DNA of 64,000 bases from a virus, in the UHGV virus genome UHGV-1374671; one strand, written 5' to 3'. Within the stretch, counting starts at the first letter, position 1, and each line of letters begins with the position of its first letter. This document shows positions 39,079 to 48,100 of this stretch, piece by piece. The translations under genes were made by a program, and so were the position numbers. The notes beneath the pieces were generated by a model. The model had not been told where the DNA came from and searched no databases. It was given only the letters and a program-made list of their open reading frames with translations.

Positions 39079-39515
39079 TGGTCAGTAAGGTGTTTGAGCT
39101 GTATAGACGCGCTGCAATGGGGGATGGGAATTTAGGTACTCCTGTACCCCGTCCTGCTATCCAGATACTGTCTGTTACGGCGGCAGACAGCATGCACGGA
39201 GAGGTGATCATTACAATCACAGCCAAAAACACAGGTATGGCTAACGGTCAGTTTTTTGTGACCGCACATGGTACATATCAAGTAGGAGATGACTCCACCT
39301 ACACAGGAGACATTGTATTCAAAAGCAGTGGTAGTACATTGCGCTTGACTCCGCAAGAGGAGCAGACAATATCCTTGCAATCTGACAGGTTCGCAAGCGC
39401 TGGACTAAAAGGAACAGGCAACGTAACTGTTGTTTTTGTGGGGGATATTGTTGGGCCTGTTGAGAGGTCTCTTGCTTTCAGTTGGAATTATCCGGGTATG
39501 GGAACTGGAGATTGA
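39078..39515 (+). CDS. hypothetical protein
   Basis: ATG overlapping the upstream stop. SD GAAGGTGGTG. Confidence 0.5.
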   Translation: MVSKVFELYRRAAMGDGNLGTPVPRPAIQILSVTAADSMHGEVIITITAKNTGMANGQFFVTAHGTYQVGDDSTYTGDIVFKSSGSTLRLTPQEEQTISLQSDRFASAGLKGTGNVTVVFVGDIVGPVERSLAFSWNYPGMGTGD

Positions 39516-39596
39516 GTGTATGCACCGCTGCGCAATAGTAGAGAGTCCCGGCACTGCTTTGGGTATTTATATGTCATATCATGACTGGAGGACATA

Positions 39597-40157
39597 ATGA
39601 TTTGGTCTCAACTTAAGACAGCGGCCCAGATGGCTTCTGCACTTGTCCGCAAAGGATATCTGGCCACCTGGTATGAAAAGGACACAAACGGCAGCATCCT
39701 GCACAAGTACAAGGATGAGACTGGGGCAATCGGACTTATCTCCGGAGGTGGAAGCAGCCCAGCTCCAGCTGCATCTGCAGGTCGTTTCTACGTCCCGATA
39801 CCGACCGGCGATGGTAGCACCATCACTGAGCTCTATGTGGAGATGCTGTTCTCGGAGTCAGGAAATTTTGCCACGGACGGCATCAGTGTCAACATGCAGA
39901 ACGCTGCGTCTGCTATGAAGGGCGTGACTACGGTTATCGAAGATGACGGCTCCAGCAAGCCGGAACTGGTGTCCATGACGTCAGCTGGTGTACCCGTCGA
40001 GTTCTTCAGTACATCGCTGATTGTGGACATGGAAGATCTCGGCTCCGGAGGTTTGAACCTGCTGGATACCAGCAAGACCTACTACGGAGCTTACCGATGG
40101 AGGTCCACAATGGAGAACGACACCACCAACACCCCGTGGCGGGCTATCACATTCTAA
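39597..40157 (+). CDS. hypothetical protein
   Basis: SD GGAGGA. Confidence 0.5.
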   Translation: MIWSQLKTAAQMASALVRKGYLATWYEKDTNGSILHKYKDETGAIGLISGGGSSPAPAASAGRFYVPIPTGDGSTITELYVEMLFSESGNFATDGISVNMQNAASAMKGVTTVIEDDGSSKPELVSMTSAGVPVEFFSTSLIVDMEDLGSGGLNLLDTSKTYYGAYRWRSTMENDTTNTPWRAITF

Positions 40158-40170
40158 ACAGGAGGCCAAT

Positions 40171-40776
40171 ATGAAAAGATTTCTGATCAGTGCCTTGCTG
40201 CTGGCAAATACGGCGTTGTTCGCTTGCTGGGGCACGGCCGAGGACTACGACAAGGCGTTTATCTACGCGGTCAACAACTTTGTCCGCACCCAGCTGGTGA
40301 GCCTCACGTATCCGCCCACGTTTCAGAACGGAGGTAACGTATCCTTCCCGGCGACGATCAACGTGCGCATCAGCCCCAACGAAACCGGCAACCCTGTTAC
40401 GAAAGCCGTGCTTCAGTACCGCGTCGGAGAATCCGGGGAATGGACCACGGCTGTTACACTGGACAATCCGAAGTGGGAACTTGACATCATGACTCCCAGG
40501 CCGGTGTTCGGTATTGACGTGATCAAGATCAACCCGATCCCAGCACAGGGGACCAGGGTGTACATCCGTATGTATCTCACAGACGGTGTGTACGAGACCT
40601 TTGATCTGGAGAGCAACGAGACACCGCTGGGTGCCTTCTCCTGCTACGTGACCAGCACAGGCCGTGCGGTTCCGCAACTGGCCCCTGTGAACGCCTTGAT
40701 CGAGAACGCTGACGGGCAGATACAGCCTGTTCAGCTCGCCTCATTGATGTTTACGAACGAACAGGAGTCGAAATGA
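40171..40776 (+). CDS. secreted protein / probable lipoprotein
   Basis: SD AGGAGG. Signal peptide MKRFLISALLLANTALFAC. Confidence 0.55.
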   Translation: MKRFLISALLLANTALFACWGTAEDYDKAFIYAVNNFVRTQLVSLTYPPTFQNGGNVSFPATINVRISPNETGNPVTKAVLQYRVGESGEWTTAVTLDNPKWELDIMTPRPVFGIDVIKINPIPAQGTRVYIRMYLTDGVYETFDLESNETPLGAFSCYVTSTGRAVPQLAPVNALIENADGQIQPVQLASLMFTNEQESK

Positions 40777-42122
40777 ACGCAATCGGTAAAATCTCAGCGG
40801 CAGTGACTGCCGCTGCAGCCGCCACGGTAGGTACTGTCCTGTATGTCAACGACGATACCACCAACACGGCAGTCGACCAAGAAGTCAACACCAGGAACGC
40901 CATTGTTGAGGTTTGGGAGCCGCAGCTGGTTGATCTCGGCATCGTTGATATTGAAGCCAGTCTGGTGGATGTGACGGAAGGGCAGATCACGACGTACCAG
41001 CCTCCGGCGCTTACGGATCTCAATAGCTACACGCCAACTGTGCTGAAAAGCGGTGAAGGAGACGTGCTGGACATTGCAGTTGTGAGAGTGTCCGGCGACG
41101 TACTGGACCTGTCCAGAAATGCGGAAGCCGTGCGCAAGGTGGCCAATATGTTCATGGATACGCGCAACGCCACGTTTGATCCCACCATGATGAACGACGC
41201 ACACATTCTTGAAGCCTGGTACGAGGTCTACCATCAGGAAGCGCAGCCAATCAACAAGATCGCGCTTCCCAATGATATCCGGATGGTGGCGGAAGTGAGG
41301 GTACCCGACAATGGGGAACAGTATGCGACGCTGGTGGAGAACCTGGAGCACTACAAGGATCTCGGATACAACTCGGTGCTGCTGGTGTTCCATACCCAGG
41401 AATCCCTGGACTCGTTGAAGAGTACCATCAAGCTGATCAGAGATCATGACATGGGTGTCTGGTTCGCATTTGCAGGGGCCACTTCCAAAGTGGATGGCAT
41501 GACGTACCTGGAAGATACCAAGTCCGTGTTCCCGCATCCGGAGCTGCTGAAGAAGTACCTGGTGGATCTGGCGCCGCTGTGCGACGGTTTCATCGGCATG
41601 TGGAAGCGCACCAGCGCTCACTTCTTCGTACAGGATCAGCCTTATATGGACTACCTGGCACGGTGTGTCAGGGAAGGGAACCCGAACATCCCGGTGCTGG
41701 GTGAGATCTACTTCGGCCCCACTGCGGACGTCCCGGAAGTGGACGGCATCAAGAAGCTGAACTCCGGCACCAACCAGTTCAATTATCTGATTCCCCGCAA
41801 GGCCAACAATGCGTCAGGATACCTGGTCGTGAATCTCGGGTATTCCAACGTGAATGTGAAGGGTGTGTTGAATGGCCTTCTGTCAGGACAGAAAGAGGAT
41901 GATAAGTTGGTGCTGATCTCAGGACCGAACCCGGTGTTCATTTCCACCGGCAGGCCCGTGCTTACTTACAAGCAGCTCCGCAGCGTATACACAGGGCTTG
42001 AGCAGCGTTGGCTGACCGCTGGAGCCAGAGGAGTTGTCCTGTTGCACGGTGAGATGTCGGATGGCAGTGCTACGGATAAGATCAGCAACAATTTGTCTGT
42101 TTCCAAATATTTTAACAAGTAA
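40773..42122 (+). CDS. N-terminally membrane-anchored protein with TIM-barrel glycoside-hydrolase-like core (tentative)
   Basis: N-terminal TM ISAAVTAAAAATVGTVLYV. Alternating hydrophobic beta-strand / helix pattern (YNSVLLVFHTQE, MGVWFAFAG, FIGMWKRT, VLGEIYFGP). Confidence 0.4.
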   Translation: MNAIGKISAAVTAAAAATVGTVLYVNDDTTNTAVDQEVNTRNAIVEVWEPQLVDLGIVDIEASLVDVTEGQITTYQPPALTDLNSYTPTVLKSGEGDVLDIAVVRVSGDVLDLSRNAEAVRKVANMFMDTRNATFDPTMMNDAHILEAWYEVYHQEAQPINKIALPNDIRMVAEVRVPDNGEQYATLVENLEHYKDLGYNSVLLVFHTQESLDSLKSTIKLIRDHDMGVWFAFAGATSKVDGMTYLEDTKSVFPHPELLKKYLVDLAPLCDGFIGMWKRTSAHFFVQDQPYMDYLARCVREGNPNIPVLGEIYFGPTADVPEVDGIKKLNSGTNQFNYLIPRKANNASGYLVVNLGYSNVNVKGVLNGLLSGQKEDDKLVLISGPNPVFISTGRPVLTYKQLRSVYTGLEQRWLTAGARGVVLLHGEMSDGSATDKISNNLSVSKYFNK

Positions 42123-42142
42123 CCCAATAAAGGAGATCTACA

Positions 42143-42922
42143 ATGAAGAAATTGTTGATTGGGCTGTGTGCCCTGTGTGCTCTGGCAGTGAGTGCAGCTG
42201 AGAATCCGATGAACACCGTACGGACGACCAAGAACGTGGAAGAGCTTCCTGCCGTTCTGCAGGCTGCCTCTGCTGAGATTACGCTTCAGTCGCCTGAGAA
42301 CCGTCGCGTTGATCTGTGTGTTGCCTACGGGCTCGCTTACCTGCGCAGCACAGATGTCCCGACCTTCGACGCCTACATCAAGGTCGTACAGGACAAGGCG
42401 ATCGAGCTGAAGTGCTGGGATGCCTGCAAGATCACGGGTAACGTGTTTGAAGTGCTGCGCCCTTGGTGGATCGGCGAAAAGTTTACCAAAGCGCTTACGG
42501 ATCCGGCCATTGAATGGATTGCCGCCAACCCGCACGTGAATCTGTACAGCAAAGCTGCTATCCTGAGTTACGATCACGAGGACTATGCACAGGCAGTCAG
42601 CTGGTGGGAGAAACGCAAGGGCGGCTCGGCGTATGCGATTATTGCGTACGCCAAGCTGGGGCAGCTCGATGCCGGCATCGACTATTTCTACTCCAAGCTG
42701 GGTACGAAAGAGTGGTCTCCCGAGTCCGGTGTAAACGCCTTTAAGAAGGCCTGGGAACTGGTGCTGGAAAAGAGCAAGTCGGACCCGGCGGTGCTGGACA
42801 AATACAAGAAGCTCAACGCCACGTACGCCAGCATGTACACCAACTACCTGTATGACGCATCAGATCCTGCGAAGTCCCCGTGGCGGCCGCTGGTTACCCT
42901 GCTGACCGCCCAGTCCAAGTAA
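42143..42922 (+). CDS. secreted helical-repeat protein (paralogue A)
   Basis: SD AAGGAG. Signal peptide MKKLLIGLCALCALAVSAAE. C-terminus ...SPWRPLVTLLTAQSK. Confidence 0.55.
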   Translation: MKKLLIGLCALCALAVSAAENPMNTVRTTKNVEELPAVLQAASAEITLQSPENRRVDLCVAYGLAYLRSTDVPTFDAYIKVVQDKAIELKCWDACKITGNVFEVLRPWWIGEKFTKALTDPAIEWIAANPHVNLYSKAAILSYDHEDYAQAVSWWEKRKGGSAYAIIAYAKLGQLDAGIDYFYSKLGTKEWSPESGVNAFKKAWELVLEKSKSDPAVLDKYKKLNATYASMYTNYLYDASDPAKSPWRPLVTLLTAQSK

Positions 42923-42938
42923 CAGAAGGAACCCTATA

Positions 42939-43730
42939 ATGAAAACTCTTAAGCTGATCACTTGTCTCCTGTTCACGTTTATCGGATGTGTGGGCTTTGC
43001 GGGCTACACTGAAGATTTCCGGATGGCAGACAGCCCGGAAAATATGCAGGCCGTGCTTACCAGATGGGAAGCAGAGTTGCCGAACATGACGAAGGAGGAA
43101 AAGGTCAAGTTCTCCGGTATGAAGATGCTGTACTACTTCCGCACCACTGAGAACCCGACCTATGCTGCCGGACGCCAGATCTACATGGAGCAGATCAAGA
43201 AGCTCGGTGTGGAAAAAGAGGGCATGGAGAGCTCTTTCCTGCTCGGTCCGGTGCATCCGTGGTGGTGCGCCAAGAAGAACGTTGCGCTGATGGAGGAGGC
43301 TCTTGCGTATGTTGAGACGTTGGACAAGGTCACCGCAACGCAGTGGGCGGAGGCCGGACGCATCCTGGCCTTTGCGCTGGACCGCAGGACGGAGGCCATC
43401 GAATATTTCGAGAGCGCCGGACCGAATGGGTATAAGGAGCTGATCCGCGTGTACAAGGAACTCGGCAATGCGGACAAGGCTGTTGAGACTTATTACAAGG
43501 CCGTTGAATCCGAAGGAATGTCCGCGAAGGATGCCGCAGCACAGTTCCAGGTTATCTGGCCGTTGCAGGTTAAGAGCTTCAAGAACGCGGAAGATCGAGC
43601 TGCTGCCAAGTTCCGGCTGCAGACGCTGGTCGACCAGTACACCAACAAGCTGTACACTGATACCAGTGTGAAACCGGAGAACTCTCCGTGGCGCGCGGCG
43701 CTTACGCTGTGGACGGCCAACGCGAAGTAA
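42939..43730 (+). CDS. lipoprotein, helical-repeat (paralogue B of 42143)
   Basis: Signal peptide + lipobox LFTFIGC. C-terminus ...SPWRAALTLWTANAK matches the neighbour. Confidence 0.55.
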   Translation: MKTLKLITCLLFTFIGCVGFAGYTEDFRMADSPENMQAVLTRWEAELPNMTKEEKVKFSGMKMLYYFRTTENPTYAAGRQIYMEQIKKLGVEKEGMESSFLLGPVHPWWCAKKNVALMEEALAYVETLDKVTATQWAEAGRILAFALDRRTEAIEYFESAGPNGYKELIRVYKELGNADKAVETYYKAVESEGMSAKDAAAQFQVIWPLQVKSFKNAEDRAAAKFRLQTLVDQYTNKLYTDTSVKPENSPWRAALTLWTANAK

Positions 43731-43750
43731 ATCGGTACACAGCTTCTCAT

Positions 43751-43800
43751 AACGGGCTTATTGGTCGGATCACGGTCAGTAAGCCCGTTGTATTGTTGTG
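43751..43800 (+). terminator. terminator-like hairpin
   Basis: 10-bp stem AACGGGCTTA / TAAGCCCGTT with a long loop, then GTATTGTTGTG. Confidence 0.45.
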
Positions 43801-43856
43801 GTAAGCACTTCAAATTGATGTAACGCGGAGCCTGAAATAAAGAGGACACACACAAC

Positions 43857-44486
43857 ATGACATACGCGGAATTCGAGAAACAGGCTGCCTTGTTGGACGT
43901 CGGGATCGATACGGATCCGGATAAGCCGATGAAAGTTGAGGTTGACAAAGAGATCCCGGTAGGTATCGAAAAGGAAATCAATGTCAGGCTACGGCAGCCT
44001 ATCGACATCAATCTGATACCCTCACAGATTACCCCGGAGAACGCCGCTCTTATTGGCGCACTTGGCGGTGGTACTCTTGGATACCTGTTCGGACCTGAAA
44101 AGAAACTGCCCAAGCTGATTGCCACATTGGCGACCGCAGGAGCCGGCGGACTTGGTGGTTACTACGGTGCGAAGCTGCTGCGGAAAAGCGCTTCTATTGG
44201 ATTCCTGAACAAGCTGGCCGCCGTCAGACCGTTCCAGGTGGACAAGGTGCTGGACCGGCAGGAGAAGAAGGAACGTAAGCGCACTGTAAAAGCCAGCCCC
44301 ACGTTGATTCAAATGATCCGCCAATTCAGTGCCCCGGATGTCAACCCTGGTATTCGATATACGAGATCCGGCCTTGAGGGACTGACCCAGGAAGAGCTGG
44401 AAGACCTCTATATGCGGGACATGGCTGTAGCCGCACTTCAGGAGCGGGCTGTCAGCGCAGGTACCAACGATAGCACATCGAACTAA
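43857..44486 (+). CDS. glycine-zipper membrane protein
   Basis: SD AAAGAGGA. ALIGALGGGTLGYLFG...ATAGAGGLGGYYGAKLL. Confidence 0.55.
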   Translation: MTYAEFEKQAALLDVGIDTDPDKPMKVEVDKEIPVGIEKEINVRLRQPIDINLIPSQITPENAALIGALGGGTLGYLFGPEKKLPKLIATLATAGAGGLGGYYGAKLLRKSASIGFLNKLAAVRPFQVDKVLDRQEKKERKRTVKASPTLIQMIRQFSAPDVNPGIRYTRSGLEGLTQEELEDLYMRDMAVAALQERAVSAGTNDSTSN

Positions 44487-44504
44487 TGATAGGAAGTGTT
44501 GATT

Positions 44505-45122
44505 ATGTTGTTCAACGATTTTGTCAAGATGGCGGAAGAAGAAAACACCGACAATAAGAAGCCCGATATCGAGGGCGCGGTTCCAGTTTCTCAGAAAGAT
44601 CTTAACGTCACCTCTCCCAGTAACGTGGAGAAGGGACGCCACGGAATGGAACACGGGAAAGAGGACAACCCCGACAACGACCATGCCCTCGTCATGAACC
44701 TGCTGTACAAGGCGCTGGCTGATGAGCTGCTCGCCTGGTATCAATACTGGGTGTGCCGTAACCTGTCCCGTGGTCCTGGCAAGTTCGACGTGGATCCCGA
44801 GTTCGAGGAGCACATGAAAGAGGAATGGGAACATGTCGACTGGGTGATGGAGCGCATCAAGGAGCTCGGCGGCGCTCCCTACACCAATCCGAACCAGTGG
44901 TTGCCGAATGCGAACCCGTGGCCGGAAGTCACTGAAACCTCCGTACCCGCTCAGCTGGACAAGACCATCGAAGCCGAGAATACCGCGATCAAGTTCTACA
45001 AAGAAGCCTGCGAGGCGGTCCGGCATGTCGATCTCACCACGTACACGCTGTTCAAAAAGATTCTTGGTGAGGAAGAAAAGCATGCCTACGATCTGCACAT
45101 GCTGAAGGAAGCCGTGCAGTAA
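44505..45122 (+). CDS. ferritin-like four-helix-bundle protein (bacterioferritin/Dps-like)
   Basis: The ATG at 44505 has AGGAAGTG upstream. Iron-site-like spacing LADELLAWYQYW...EEWEHVDWVMERIKELGG...AENTAIKFYKEA...LGEEEKHAYDL. Confidence 0.55.
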   Translation: MLFNDFVKMAEEENTDNKKPDIEGAVPVSQKDLNVTSPSNVEKGRHGMEHGKEDNPDNDHALVMNLLYKALADELLAWYQYWVCRNLSRGPGKFDVDPEFEEHMKEEWEHVDWVMERIKELGGAPYTNPNQWLPNANPWPEVTETSVPAQLDKTIEAENTAIKFYKEACEAVRHVDLTTYTLFKKILGEEEKHAYDLHMLKEAVQ

Positions 45123-45168
45123 GCTACGGCAATACAGTAGACTCGAACGATATAGGAAGCAAGCCCTT

Positions 45169-48100
45169 ATGGATGATATCAACGTGACGCCTGTTTTGGC
45201 GGACAGCTCCACAGTGGAGAACATTCAGGTTCGCCCGCAGCGTCCTCCCAAAACGGCAGCTGACTGGGTGCGCGACATGCGCATGTCTCCTGAAGTGAAC
45301 AAGACCACTGTCGGTGTGGAGACGGACCGGATAACTCCTGAGTTGCTGATGGCCACGTCGTCCAAGCTGCTTGGTATCTCCAGACGGGAGCAGGATCCGG
45401 ATCCCAAGGATTCCCTGCTCTTCCAGCGCTTCTACGGGCCGGCCGAATACTTTGCAGAACACATTCTGCGGGACGGCAACAAGGTGGCCCGTAACCTGCT
45501 GTGGAAAGCAACCAACAAGGGCAAGATTGACTTCGTACCGTCAGGAGCATTGGATCAGCACGTCAGCGATGTGTTCTACAGCAGCAAGCTGGCCCAGATG
45601 ATCGACGGGTCGTCTCCTTTGGAAACGGTGGACGCTTCCTTCAAGACCACCCGTATCGGCGAGGGCGGCGTCGCAGATGTGCAGTCGGCTCCTGATGAGA
45701 TGCGTACAGTGCAGCCTTCCTACTTCGGATACCTAGACTCCGTGCGCTGCTATTCGGACGATACCGAACTCATGACCAAAAATGGCTGGAAATTCGTTAC
45801 CGATATTACGGAAGACGATGAGCTTGCATGTTATATGGACGGCAGGTTGGAGTACCACAAACCAACCGCATTGAATGTATACGACTACAAGGGCAAGATG
45901 TACGGATACAAAGGTACGCATATCTCGTACCTGGTGACACCGAATCACCGGATGCATTCCAGATGTTATGGAGAACTCAGAGATGGGCGTCCTTGTGGTT
46001 ATAACATTCGTACAGCTGAGAGCATTCACGGTAAGAACAGGGTTGTAGATTCTGCCTGCCATTTGCCGTTACTGTGCAATGAGGATCAGAAATACTTTGA
46101 GCTCCCTGTGGTAGGTCCTAATCTGAAGAAAGAGCAGGTTCATGGCAATCCGCCAATGGGCGCCAGCTTGAAGAACGTGGACAAAGTGGACATCGTGAAG
46201 TTTGCCGAGTTCCTCGGATGGTACCTGGCTGAGGGTTCCTATGTGATCAATGAAACCAAAGGATACTACCGCGTTGATATTGCACAGTCCCCGGAAGTCA
46301 GTGCGGAAAACTACGAGCATATCAGACAGCTGATAGAATCTCTTCCCTTCAACGCAACCAATCCAGGTGCCGAGGAAAAAGCAAAAAGGGGCGGGCATGC
46401 CTTGTCCATCGCCAGAAAACAGCTGACCATATACGTCAGTCAGTTTGGAAAGTGCGAAGACAAGTACATACCTGAGTGGATTTTCTCAGCTCCGTTACAG
46501 GCCCGCAAAGCGTTTTGTTGGGCCCTTCTGCAAGGAGATGGACGGGAACAGAGACATCTCTGCACAAAGTCAAAGCGACTGGCTACTGACTTTGCCCGCC
46601 TGCTTTTTGAATTGGGTGAATCTGCCAAAGTATACCACGAAAAAGAAACCAGATATGAAAACCATCCTGGTATCTGGAATGTTTACTGGCACACCCGCAA
46701 AGAACGTCTTTTGGCTGGAAAAACACATAAGCACAAGGAAGGTGAATATTTCACTGAAGACTATACCGGCAAAGTGTACTGCCCGACCATACCTGGCGGT
46801 CTGGTGTACTGCCGCAGAGGCGAAAAGAGCGTTGGTTTCTGGTGCGGTAATAGTCCGGAGAGGTTACGCGTCGGATTGGATATGTATATGACCAAGAATG
46901 TGGTCAAGGGATCCGATGGAAAGCTGTACCAGAGATTCATCAACGCGCGTACCGGCAAGGAGGAGCTGGTTGACTCCGTAACAGCTTCCAGATCCATTGT
47001 GGCAGCGCCTGAGATGATGGACGCCGATACCAAGTCCATCTTCGCTCTTGGTGGTCGTACTGGCGTACGTATCGTACCCAAGGATAAGGTTGATTATTAT
47101 TTACCCAGAGCCGACGATGCGTACAGCATGTCGTCCAATATGGTGCCCATGTTCAATGGTGTGAAGGAAATGCGCCTGCTGATGGGATGCCTGCATCCGG
47201 GTACTCCGTTGATCACCATATCGGCGAAGAACGAGATCAACATCAAGCCGGCGAAATCCATTGGCAAGAATGCTTATGGAGTGCCTGGCTGCGATGCCAA
47301 AGGCAAGTCGCTGGGGTATCTGATCCGTAACAGCATTGCCAAGTTTCCCCAGAAGCGCAAGTGGTTCAAGAAGGTCGTGCTGATGTCGGGGCGGTCCCTG
47401 ATCACCAGCTACGATCACAGATGGCCAGTGCTGCGGGACGACAAGCTGGAGCTGGTGAACGCATCCGATCTTCAGCCCGGGGACAAGGTGCTCAGATCCA
47501 CGTTCAAGGATCTGCCCAATCGACGCACCTTTTTGCGCGGCGTACTGGTGAACAAGGATGTTGCCACGCTGCTGGGCTGCATCGTAAGGTCGGTCACCAA
47601 ACCTGACCCGGACAAGCTCCGGGTGGTGTACCAGCCTTCTCAGAAGAAGTTCATCGAGGCAGCCATCGAACGGCTCAAACTGGAGAACTCCCGCTTCTAC
47701 GCCAATGCCGGCGAGAAGTGCCTTGCCATTCATGACAGCAACTTCATCCAGTGGGTGGAGAAGGAGATCTGTCTGGAGCCGGAAGAGCGCAAGGTCCCCA
47801 CTGTGATTCTCAGTGCGTGCCTGGACATTGCGTCTCACTTCATCGACGCTTACACGGCCGACACCACCAAGGTCGGCATCGACAGCAACGAGGACATGTG
47901 GATCCTGGATATCCCCAGCATGATCTGCCGTGACGGTCTTGCGTTGCTGCTTGCCAGAATGCAGACGGATACCCTGTACCGGGATGCTGTGCGGGCAGAC
48001 GGAGTCAATCTGGCGTTGAAGCTGGTGGAACAGACCCCCACCTTCGGGGATTCCATTGTGGACGAGGTGAAAATTATACTCGAAGTAGAAAAGGTCCCGC

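Noticed and set aside
44022-45224. 400-aa minus-strand ORF
   Set aside because: Antisense to genes 43857-44486 and 44505-45122, which have SDs and recognisable folds.
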